DNA from: Rebecca billardiae RCC1528
Taxonomy: Eukaryota; Protista; Haptophyta
Direction of reading: 5' to 3'
Length of the DNA stretch: 64,000 nucleotides
Assembly: GCA_965240325.2 (NCBI GenBank)
Contig: OZ251237.1
Coordinates: 1,240,001 to 1,304,000 of the forward strand
Each line of letters starts with the position of its first letter. The first letter of the stretch is position 1. The notes beneath the pieces are model-generated. The model was not told the DNA's origin. It saw only the letters and a list, made by a program, of their open reading frames with translations, and ran no database searches. Shown here one piece after another: positions 1 through 9,821 of the stretch. A program made the translations under genes and the position numbers.

Positions 1-1156
1 GACAAACGCGTGAAGCGCGCTGCTTAGGAGGGGGGGGGGGGGCTCCTAAGCAGGGCCTGGAGTCCGGACGCGGCCGCCGCTGCCGCGGGCGCTGCGAGGT
101 TTGAGTCCGGGTCGCCCTTCCCACGTCGCGCCGCCGCGCGAGAACGCGACGTAGGCCGCGAGGACGTCCCCCCGCGCGCGGCGCGTGGTGCGCCGAGCCA
201 GAGCACGTGTACTGCCGCCCTCTGCCGCGGCTCGTCACCTCATCTCACCCGCGTTGCTCAGCGCGGGCGCCGTGCGACGCCGGCGACGTGACTCAGCTTG
301 CACACGCCGGATGAGAAGCTGCACCCAGAGGCCGAGCTGCGCTCTAGCCCCTGGTGCGCCCGGTGGGCAGCGTGCACATGGATGTTATGCGTCTTCCCCG
401 CGCTCAGTGGTCTGTCTCGAGGCGTCTCTAGAGTGAGTTGTTGGCTCTGCTACACGACTGCGTTTGAATTGCGCGTGTCGACGCACTCTGTCATGCCCGT
501 GCGTGGGCAGTGTACGTCCTCAGGTTGCGGGCGCACGCGCGCGCCTGGTCGCAGTAATCATAGGCCTACCCGACACCAACGATTTTGGGTCCTGCACGGT
601 CATCAGGTGGGCGCAGTGCACGTGCGTGCGCGGTGCGAGTTGCATCCAAGCCGCGACGCCTTTGCGCGCGCTGCTCGCGTTGGCGGAGAGAGGCGAGGAG
701 CGACCGCCGACGCGTACCTGGGGACTACGTATGACCTTGGTCGACTACCAGCCTCGTCGCGTCCGCGCGCACGGGCCGTATTCGTCCGCACCGACGCTCG
801 CGAGGTACGCTAGCAGCGGCACCGGGGGCACGGTGCCGCCTTTCACGGGTTTGAGTCACAAGCCGCAGGCAGACGGCGGCGGAACCTTCTGGACCTGGCT
901 GGTACTCTCCGCCATCGCACTCGCTTCACGCGAGTGCGATGGCGGAGGGCTGCGCCCGCCGAGTAACGATGGCGGCGCAGTCCGGAGGAGAGTACCAGAC
1001 AGCTTCTGGACGCAAAACTGATCGACGAAAATGCAAATCCCACTAATTACCGAGAGCTCGCGCCGCCGCCGGCGCGATCCGCCGGCGAAACTGCGACTCT
1101 CCGACCTCCGACCTCCGCGGTCCCGTCTCGCCCGGCTCTCTCGTCCCACCACGACC

Positions 1157-1520
1157 ATGGATCTCTTCAACGTGCAGCCGCTTGAGTTCGACACGACCGT
1201 GGAGGTCGAGGAGAAGCGCCACCACCACCACCACCAGTGAGCGCGCGACTTCCACGCGCTGCGCGCCCCCCTTCGCGCGACCTTCCCTTTTACGCCGCAA
1301 GCGCGCTGACCATATTTGAATTGCGGCGCGCGTCACCTGCTGCGCCAGCCGCCACCACCACGCGGTCGAGACGGTGGAGCTCGATGAGAAGCGCCACCAC
1401 CACCACCGCCACCACCGTCACCACGAGGCCGAGAAAGTCGAGCTCGATGAGAAGCGCCACCACCACCACCGCCACCACCACCACCACGAGGTCGAGACCG
1501 TCGACATCGTGCCGATGTAG
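1157..1520 (+). CDS. small His-rich repeat protein (83 aa, 2 exons: 1157-1236, 1349-1520)
   Basis: ATG at 1157; GTGAGC donor at 1237, CTGAC branch-like motif near 1305, CAG acceptor at 1348. The spliced frame stays open to TAG at 1520 and gives three acidic-spacer + EKR + His-cluster units. Confidence 0.7.
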
Positions 1521-2035
1521 GCGTAAAGGCCCGTAGGCACGCTTCACACCGTGATGCATGGCTCTCGAGGACACCTTCCTCTGGGCTGTCGTCGGTGGTG
1601 CCTCGTCTCGCGTCGTCGACGTCGTTTGGCCGCAGTCAGCCGGCGCACTCACGGCCATTGCCTGAAATTGGCACGCGGACTACTGACTGCAGCGTCTGCA
1701 GCTGGTTCGCGCCGTCCGCCGCGCGGTTCGCGAGCCGTAGTCCGGCCCTGCGAGCTGCCAGGAGGAGTAGGTGTGTACTGTCTCGCCGGCTGCTACGACT
1801 TGACCGACGATCTCACGATGACGATCTGACATGCATCCGCGAGTATTCCGACGCGATGGCGTATTATGATCGGCTACGCCGATCTTCGGGTAGTAAACAA
1901 CGAAGTTGAGGGCGCACGGCCCTAGCTAGTTCCGCGCGTGGCTGCGTGCGCCAGCTGCGCGCACCCGCTGTGCCCGCGTTGAGCCCATGCGAGCGCCGCG
2001 CCTGCGAGCACACGCGGCGGCTCGACACAGCCGCA

Positions 2036-2550
2036 CGGCTGACGGCAGTGTCGCTCGTGCGCCTGCCCGTGATCAGTCTCAGCTCTGAGGCGCGCGCTCA
2101 GGAGGGCTGCGGCCGGGCCGAGCGCGATCTGCGCAGACGGTACAGCCCGTGGTGGCTCATGGGCAGCCCGAGCCCAAAGCCCGCCTCCGCCATCCGCGTC
2201 ACAGCCGGCCGCTCCAGCCGAGGTCTCGCGTGCTGCGCTGCAGCCGTGCTCGGCCGAACCGGACGCCCGCCGAGCCGAAGCCGGGCACGCGGCGGCTGAC
2301 GGCAGTGTCGCTCGTGCGCCTGCCCGTGATCAGTCTCAGCTCTGAGGCGCGCGCTCAGGAGGGCTGCGGCCGGGCCGAGCGCGATCTGCGCAGACGGTAC
2401 AGCCCGTGGTGGCTCATGGGCAGCCCGAGCCCAAAGCCCGCCTCCGCCATCCGCGTCACAGCCGGCCGCTCCAGCCGAGGTCTCGCGTGCTGCGCTGCAG
2501 CCGTGCTCGGCCGAACCGGACGCCCGCCGAGCCGAAGCCGGGCACGCGGC
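2036..2550. repeat. near-perfect tandem duplication, 257-bp period, 2 copies
   Basis: GGCTGACGGCAGTGTCGCTCG starts at 2037 and again at 2294; the ORF track shows identical peptides offset by 257 bp. Confidence 0.9.
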
Positions 2551-3240
2551 TGATGAGCAGTGGTAGCCAGGCGAAGCCGTCGTCGCGGGCGAAGCTGCGC
2601 TGGGTGATGCGGCTGAGCAGTCGGGTTACCGCGCACCGCGCGCGTGGCCGTGATGGGTCGGCACAGCCCAGTCAAAGACACGGCATCGTATCGCCCTCTG
2701 GCCGCCAGCAGCATCACCTCTGCCGTCTGCGAGCGACTCGTAGTTGCAGCAGCAGCTGCCAAGAGCTTGCACAAAGAAACTGCGCGACGCCGACGGGCGC
2801 GCCGACGCGCGTGGACGCGGGTCGGCACCGGGGCGGGGCGCGAGGGGGGAAAGAGGCACGAATGCGATGCCGACGGCCGTTGGGACCCACCGCAGCCGCG
2901 CGCACCTGCGCTGAGTCTGTCGGATTGAACGATCGTGCGGCGGCGGCCTACATGGGCAGTGGCGGCTTCTCGGCGCCTCGTTCGGAGCCTCGGCTGCCCG
3001 CCCGTCAATGCGCGAGCCACAAAGGCCTTACCATGGTATAGTATTAATCATTAAGGGAGATATTATGAAGATTTGTCCGCTCAAGTTTATCGTTCATATT
3101 CGTCAAGCTGTCCCGGACGCGCCGGTATTAAATGGGAGAGAATCCGAAGGGTCGTGCGTGAAGCGGTAGAAATTCTTATGCTCATGATAACTTTCCTGTT
3201 CAGGCCCGTCAATGCGGGTGGCGATTTGCCACCCGCATTA

Positions 3241-3836
3241 CAGGTGGATACGGGTCAACTGGACACCGGGGCTAACTGGACACTCAGCGGGCGGCGGGCC
3301 TCGTGGCGAGGGCTCGTGGGCGAACGAGCACGAGCGCCCACTGGCGGGTCGCCACGACGGCGCACGATGTTTGCTGAACTCACCTGGTCGTGGAACGTCG
3401 TCTGCGCACGCGCCAGGTCGCGCTTCTCGCCGCCTTCGCCTTGTTTCATGAGTCCCGCGCACAAGGCCGAAGACGCCAGCGTTTCAAGCCGCAAGGCGCG
3501 TGCGCGGACTCAGGAAGGGCGGACTCCGAGGCAAGGCGCGGTTGCGCTGGCGTGGGTAGGTCCCAGAGCAACCGTCCGAGCCGATGCACACGCTTTTCCT
3601 CCGCGCGCGCGTCTCTGAGCTCGATTCCCATGCCTCAGCCAGTGCCAGGGGCTAATTGGACAGTGCCATTGCGGCCGCCACGCGCGGAGACGGGCCCGCA
3701 GCGCAGAAAGCGCGCTGCGGCGGAACTCCAGGGACCCCCTGAAGTCCGTCCCTGGCGCCCCTTCGACCCCAATGCTCCGAGAGAGGCCTCCGCGTGAGTT
3801 GGGTCGGCCACTGTCCAGTTGACCCGTATCCACCTG
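3241..3836. mobile_element. non-autonomous Tc1/mariner-type MITE (596 bp)
   Basis: Perfect 25-bp TIR CAGGTGGATACGGGTCAACTGGACA (3241-3265 / 3812-3836), TA on both sides, internal GGGGCTAA(C/T)TGGACA copies; no transposase. Confidence 0.85.
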
Positions 3837-5378
3837 TATGTCGTTCATCTGAAATACAAGAATTGGATTGCCACCGAACCAAATGTTTGGTTCGCTTTAT
3901 GCAGAATCTCGTTTCAGTTGAATGGCGGGCGATCGTCTTTCGTTGAAACGGTGTTTTTGAAGCGCAGTTCTCTTAAGAGAAGAGGGATGCGTCTAATCTA
4001 AAACGCTGTTTTTCAGAAGCGCGTGAATCAAAGCTGACGACCCAACCTATCGTTTCTATGGTTGGCGAGCTGTTTCAGGCTCTTACAATTCAGGCATCTT
4101 ACTATGACGGAATGTTCTAACACACGGCTGGTGTTATGTGCTATTCCACCCTGCATTCCCCTAAGTGTTACTATCGTTAAAATTAAGGGGCAGTACAAAC
4201 GCAATCATTGCGGCAGCGATATCCACTCATACGCGGTGGCCACCTACTGACGAAAAATCCCCAAAATCCTGCGCGCATCCTCTTTTTGATTTTGCGGAGC
4301 ACGTGCGCCGCCCCCCCCCCCCCCCCCCCCGGCTTTCGCTCACGCTCAGACCTTTCGGGGGGGGGCCGTGCGCCATAACTATATATATTATTCTCCTCTG
4401 TCGCTTAATGATCGTCAATTATCGTCATCGATATTCGATGCCGGCATTAGTATTAAATAGTACTCAGACCAATTCTATGTTTTAAAGACACAGGCACGAG
4501 GGCGCAGCTCTCCTGATGATTCGTCTGTAGTGGTACTGACTACTGGTCGAAGCTTGCAGCAGTGGCAGTGGTGTGAGCACGTTGATGTTGGTCGCCATGG
4601 CGCGGATGTCGTTGTTGTCGTCGTCGACGTCGTCAGCCCGGTCAGGCCCACCAGGAAGTGCATGGGTACCAAATCAAAGGCGAGTGAGCATGTTGGCGTC
4701 GGCCAGGCCGTCCCCTACTTGGTCAGCAGCTGGTGGATGATGTCGCCGCCTACTTGGTCAGTGGCTGGTCATGGTGGACGATGGTGTAGCCTGTTCTTGG
4801 TCAGCAGCTGGTGGATGATGTTGTGGCCGTAGTCTTAGTAGTTGGAGAATGGAGACCGGCCGTCTAACAGTTTTATTTTTAATTTACGTGCGCGGTGGCT
4901 CCGCTGAGTCCGCCGTTCAGACGTTCAGTCGGCCGCGGACCAGCTAACTCCAGCGACTCAGTCCGCAGCGAGTACCACTACCAGCCCATTGACCAGCCCC
5001 ACTCCCCAGGACGGCTCTCTGAGGTCACTCGCCGGAACTGCTCGGCCGGATCAGAACGGCCGCGGGGAAACCGACCTTCGAGTTCGGAATCGGAGTTCGT
5101 CGGGTGTTCGGGACCGGGCACGCGGCGGCCCGCGTCCGTGTCCGTGACCGCTCAGGCTGACGGTCCGTCTGAGACTGAGTCGGAGTCTGTACTCTGTGTC
5201 CGACTAATCAATGACTGAACTGCCTAGCTAATGGCGTCTGACCCTGATGACTCCCTGAGACTGAGACTGAGTCGGCGTCTGACCTAATCGCCGACGCCGC
5301 GCCTTTCGGACGACACTGGAGCGTCGGCACCGTGACCTCAGACCTGCCAGTCGGCCGACGGCGCGATTGTTGATTCAT

Positions 5379-6926
5379 TCATTCGAGGCACGTTCTCGAC
5401 GAGATTCTTCGCTTCAGGTCGCCCAGCTGCGCATGCAGGATGCAAAACTCGACCGCCAACCTCGTCACGCCGGGCTCTCGTCGTGCCGCCTCCTCCAGGG
5501 CAAGCTGGCGCCGCTCGTGAGCCGGTCCGCGCTGCTGCCGCCTCCAGCTCTCGTCAGCGTCCGTGTCGAGCGCGATCAGCCACTCGCGCGCGCTCTCCAG
5601 CTCAGCGTGGACGTGCATGTAACGCGTGTGCTTGCGCTCGAACTCGCAGCGCAGCTCGGCCTCCGAGCTCCCTGTCCGGCCGAACCTGTCCCGCTCAATT
5701 GAGTAATCCAGCTCGTGAAACGGATCAGACCAGTCGACCGAAATGCCGTGCACAGAGCTGCGATCCGGCCGCTTGCGCGCGCGCGGCGTAGGCGGGGGCG
5801 AGGCCTCGTCTGCGTCTGCGCCCAGGTCCGAGGCGCCGTCGATGTCCGCGGACGCATCCCACGGCGCCGCCTGCTGCTGACGCTGACGCTGCTGCGGCTG
5901 CTCGCGGCTGCTGCTCCCACCAGGCGTCGCGCTGGGCAGGGGGCGCGCCGAGGCAGCGTGGCCGGGAGCGGCCGCGGCGGACGGCAAGGAGCGTGCCGCG
6001 GCGGAGGAGAGCACGCCTGCGCCGCGCGGGAAGCGATGAGGGGGCACGCATGGTGTGAGTACGGAGGCACGGCGCGCGAGAGGTGAAAGGGCGCAGAGCG
6101 TTGCCCCCGCCGAGGGGCGGCACCCGAGGCGCCGCGCGCCGCGTGCGCTGGCAGCGCGCAGCGGTGCGGTGCGTCGCGTGCGTCGCGTGTTCGGACGGCT
6201 TGGCCCGCGCTGATCAGGGGAATCCCAGCGCGGTTCCTATGCGGCCGCTGCTGTGTGCCGAGCTGCGTGCTGATCAGCGCCATGTGAAGCGCGCTGTCAG
6301 AATAGCGATGTCGGCAGAGCCCCTTCCCTTCCTCACAGGCCGATGCAGCCTCACGGGGCGCGGCGCGGCGCGGCGGCGCGCGGCGGCGCGCGTAGCACAC
6401 CTTGACGGCAGGTGGCGCTCGCGCACGCGCGCCCGGTCGCGCGGGCTGCGCCGCGCGCGCGCCCGCGCCCGCGCCCGCGCCCGCGCTTCGTCTCCGGCTG
6501 CACCGCCACGATCTCCTCGAGCATGCCGTACTCGTCGCGCCGCGCCTCCAGCTTTGAGCGCTCTCGCCGATCCACCTCAGCCTGCTGCGTGCGCTCGCGG
6601 ATGCGCGCCTTCTCGCGGGTGTCGAGCTGCCGGTTGAGCGCGAGCTTCTCACGCACCAGGCCGACGTGCGTCGCGCGCACGCCCTGCTGCTCGAGGCATC
6701 GAGCGTCGAGCTGCTCCCGTGCCGACCGAAGCGCGAGCCTCTCGTCGCCGAGGATGATCTCAATCCGCTCGCCGTCCGCAGAGCACTCGATCAACGGCGA
6801 GGACGCAGCCTCAACGCGCGCGAGGAGTTCTGGCGGGAGTCGGATCGTCGCGACGTACGCCAGCGCCGCGCCGTCACCGCCGCGTACCGCGAGTGACCGC
6901 GCCGTCGGCCGCACCGGCTCCAGCAT
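5379..6926 (-). CDS. occludin/ELL C-terminal-domain protein (RNA Pol II elongation factor ELL-like)
   Basis: Exons approx. 6926-6401 and 6016-5379 with a phase-compatible GT-AG intron (an internal exon is possible). The C-terminus EFERKHTRYMHVHAELE...LHAQLGDLKRRI resembles the occludin_ELL helical domain. Confidence 0.55.
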
Positions 6927-7089
6927 CCCGTCGTCGGGGCCAAGGCGAGAGGCACGCGCCCGCGAACCACATGGCTCGTGTCTCGTGGCCGCGCGCGGCG
7001 CCCGGCACTCCGGAAACAACTCAGGGAAGCGCCAAGCCCAGAACGTTCCTGGAAGCGGAGATGCCGACCGGAGAGCAACGGACCGGCCA

Positions 7090-8715
7090 ATGGTCGCGCG
7101 ATGCGAGCGCGGGCTGTGCCACGGCCGCGAGAGCTCGCAGGTGCTCGCTCTCTACCTGAATCAGCCCGGGAGGACCGTCTTCACCGTCAGCTCAGTCTTC
7201 CTCTCCGTCGCCCTGCTCCAACTCGCGCAGGAGGATGCGGGGTGCGTCGACGCCGCCGGTGAGGTGATCGCGGACTGCGACAAGCGCGTTTACGGCATGC
7301 GCCCGTCCTCCGTCCTCTCAACGATGACGTCGGTCGGCTTCCTGACGACGGCATTCTTCATGCCGTATGCGGGCGCTGTCGTCGATCATACGTCGCGCCG
7401 GCGCGAGTTTGGCGGCGCGATGGCGTCTGCATACGCGCTCGTGAACGTCGCCCAGATCGCTCTCTTCAGGCGGACGTGGTTCGCCATGGCGGTCCTGCAA
7501 GCGGTGATCGCGCAAGCCGGCTTCACCTCGCAGTCCATGGCGATGTGGGCGTATGTGAACGAGGCCGTGGATACCGACACGTTCCGCCAGACGGTCGTGT
7601 CCAACATGGCCGCGTGGCAGGCCGTCACCATTCTGCTCTACCTCGGCGTGATGGCCGCCGTCATCTTCGGCGCGGGCATCGCGGAGGACGCGGTGATGAC
7701 GGCGCGCGCAGCCCAGCTGCTCGCGTCCGTCGCGGGCGTCGCGCTGCTCGCGCGCTCGTGGCAGCTCTTCGCCCCGCGGCCGGCGCGCCACGGGCTGTCC
7801 GAAGGCGGCGCGTCGGGGCTGCTCTGGGCCGCAGGCGTGAAGCAGCTCTGGGCGACGATCTCGACGATGCCCACCGAGCAGCCCGACCTGTTTCGCTTCA
7901 TGGTGGCGCTCGTGTTCTCCGAGGCGGGCATCCGCTCACTCTTCTTCCTCATCCTCACCTACCTCACCACGCAGCTGGGCCTCTCCGGGACCAACCTGAA
8001 CCTCTTCTACTTTGCCGCCATCCTCACGGGCCTGCCGGGCGCCGTGGCGCACCGCGTGCTGTACCGCCGCGTGGGGCACAAGCTCAACGTGATGCTGATA
8101 CACGCGATGTGGGTGGCGTTCATCGTCGCGATGGTCGGCCTGCTGCGCTCGCCCGCGCAGAGCGAGCTCGCCGTCTTCTTCGGGCTGCCGTTCGGTGCGC
8201 GCACGGCGCGGCCTGCGACCGCTGCCGTGCGCCGCCGAGTCCCTCCCCACGGTTGCATCGCGATGATGGCGGCCCGCTGCCCCGGCGCGCGCCGCGCAGG
8301 CTTTCTCCTCGGGATCAACTACCCCGCGCTCAACGGCTACTTTGCCGCGCTCACCCCGCCCGGCCGGGAAGTCGAGATGTGGGGCTGGTTCCTCTTCGCG
8401 TCCAATGCGCTCTCGTGGCTGCACCCGATTCTCTTCACGCTGGTCAACGAGCTGAGCGGCGACCAGCGGCTCGGGCTCTCCCTGGCGGTGCCATTCATCG
8501 TGCTGGCCGCGGCTGTCTTCGCGACCATCACGCGCGCGCGGTTCGACGGGGTGGCCACAGATGGGGTTGGCGCGAGTGACGCGGCAGCGCTCGAGGCCGC
8601 CGCCGCTTCTGCTGGTGCCAGCAGCACCGCCGCGATGCCAGCGGCGGCGCCAGCGGCACGGTCCGAGTCCGACGCTGCCGGCGGCGGTGGCAGCATCAAC
8701 AAGTTACGGCAATAA
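7090..8715 (+). CDS. MFS transporter, ATG22/UMF1-like
   Basis: About 12 hydrophobic segments, PYAGAVVDHTSRRR (MFS motif A-like), LTPPGREVEMWGWF; in-frame intron 8195-8299. Confidence 0.8.
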   Translation: MVARCERGLCHGRESSQVLALYLNQPGRTVFTVSSVFLSVALLQLAQEDAGCVDAAGEVIADCDKRVYGMRPSSVLSTMTSVGFLTTAFFMPYAGAVVDHTSRRREFGGAMASAYALVNVAQIALFRRTWFAMAVLQAVIAQAGFTSQSMAMWAYVNEAVDTDTFRQTVVSNMAAWQAVTILLYLGVMAAVIFGAGIAEDAVMTARAAQLLASVAGVALLARSWQLFAPRPARHGLSEGGASGLLWAAGVKQLWATISTMPTEQPDLFRFMVALVFSEAGIRSLFFLILTYLTTQLGLSGTNLNLFYFAAILTGLPGAVAHRVLYRRVGHKLNVMLIHAMWVAFIVAMVGLLRSPAQSELAVFFGLPFGARTARPATAAVRRRVPPHGCIAMMAARCPGARRAGFLLGINYPALNGYFAALTPPGREVEMWGWFLFASNALSWLHPILFTLVNELSGDQRLGLSLAVPFIVLAAAVFATITRARFDGVATDGVGASDAAALEAAAASAGASSTAAMPAAAPAARSESDAAGGGGSINKLRQ

Positions 8716-8916
8716 CTACGAGCGCACGCGGGGCGATGTGCACAAACAGCCAAGCTGCGTCGTCCGTCCTCACGAGGCGCTGTGCGTGCACGTCCCCCGT
8801 GACCCACTGTCAAAACTGCAGATCGGTTCTGATTCGACTATGTAGCACGTATCGAGTCGAGCACCGGCGGACGCGGAGTGCCGCCATCGTGGACGTGAAC
8901 CAAACTGAAAATGGCT

Positions 8917-9558
8917 GCGCGAACGCTTTGTCACTACTGGCCGCCGAGCCGGAGAGCGGCGCTCCGTGCACCAACAAAGACATCCCCAGCCGCATGTTGC
9001 CACTCGACACCTCGTCTCGCCTCGCGCGGAGCCAACTTGTGGTGTGTGGGAGCCGCACCCGTAGCACACTGGGCCGTGTAGCGACGCGCGTGGCGGGTCA
9101 ACAGTGCATCGCGAAGGCATCGCACGCGCAATCCGTTGAGTACATACTCATGTCTGTCCCATGGCACGTCATGCACCGCCTGTCGACACCTCGTCTCGCT
9201 TCGCGCGGAGCCAACTTGTGGTGTGCGGGAGCTACCCAAAGCACAGGCTGTGCTGCACGCGGCGCGTCGCGAGTCGGGAGTGCATCGGCGCACACGGCGG
9301 CGCATGACGTGCCATGGGACAGACATGAGTATGTACTCAACGGATTGCGCGTGCGACGCCTTCGCGATGCACTGTTGACCCGCCACGCGCGTCGCTACAC
9401 GGCCCAGTGTGCTACGGGTGGCTCCCGCACACCACAAGTTGGCTCCGCGCGAGGCGAGACGAGGTGTCGAGTGGCAACATGCGGCTGGGGATGTCTTTGT
9501 TGGTGCACGGAGCGCCGCTCTCCGGCTCGGGGGGCCAGTAGTGACAAAGCGTTCGCGC
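8917..9558. repeat. long inverted repeat (arms ~8917-9180 and ~9296-9558, ~115-bp loop)
   Basis: Arms are reverse complements with only a few mismatches; the loop contains a partial third copy of arm sequence (TCGACACCTCGTCTCGC...GGAGCCAACTTGTGGTGTG). Confidence 0.9.
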
Positions 9559-9676
9559 GCCAGAGCCCGCGAGAGGGGCGCGGGGTCAAAGTCCCCGGGT
9601 TGCCACTGTCCTTTCTGTTGGCGGGGTCGCAGAGCGACCCGCCGGCCGTTACAGGGCCATTAGAAGGCGGTGCAAT

Positions 9677-9703
9677 CAAGGGGTCTTACAAAAAGACTCC
9701 TTG
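9677..9703. mobile_element. 27-bp remnant (TIR+TIR) of the P-like element family, with 7-bp TSD
   Basis: GTGCAAT|CAAGGGGTCTTACAAAAAGACTCCTTG|GTGCAAT; its ends are identical to the first 13 and last 12 bp of the element at 49520-50795. Confidence 0.8.
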
Positions 9704-9821
9704 GTGCAATCATCACCTCACAAGATCGACCCGACGGCGGCGCCCCTCACGGCCACGACTGCTCGTCGTAGCATACTCCACGCGCAGCTCAGGTTCCACC
9801 CTTGCGCGCACGCTTCACGCC

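Noticed and set aside
185-1043. ORFs at the window start
   Set aside because: No recognisable motifs or clear coding bias.
3051-4165. TAA|GGG...CCC|TAA bounded element
   Set aside because: The putative TIRs match over only a few bases.
4530-4832. Short ORF with a duplicated 26-bp segment
   Set aside because: Looks like degraded locally duplicated sequence, with stops in the plausible frame.
8736-9821. N-terminal 360 aa of the 948-aa ORF
   Set aside because: It reads through the inverted repeat and TE remnant; the credible start is ATG 9822.
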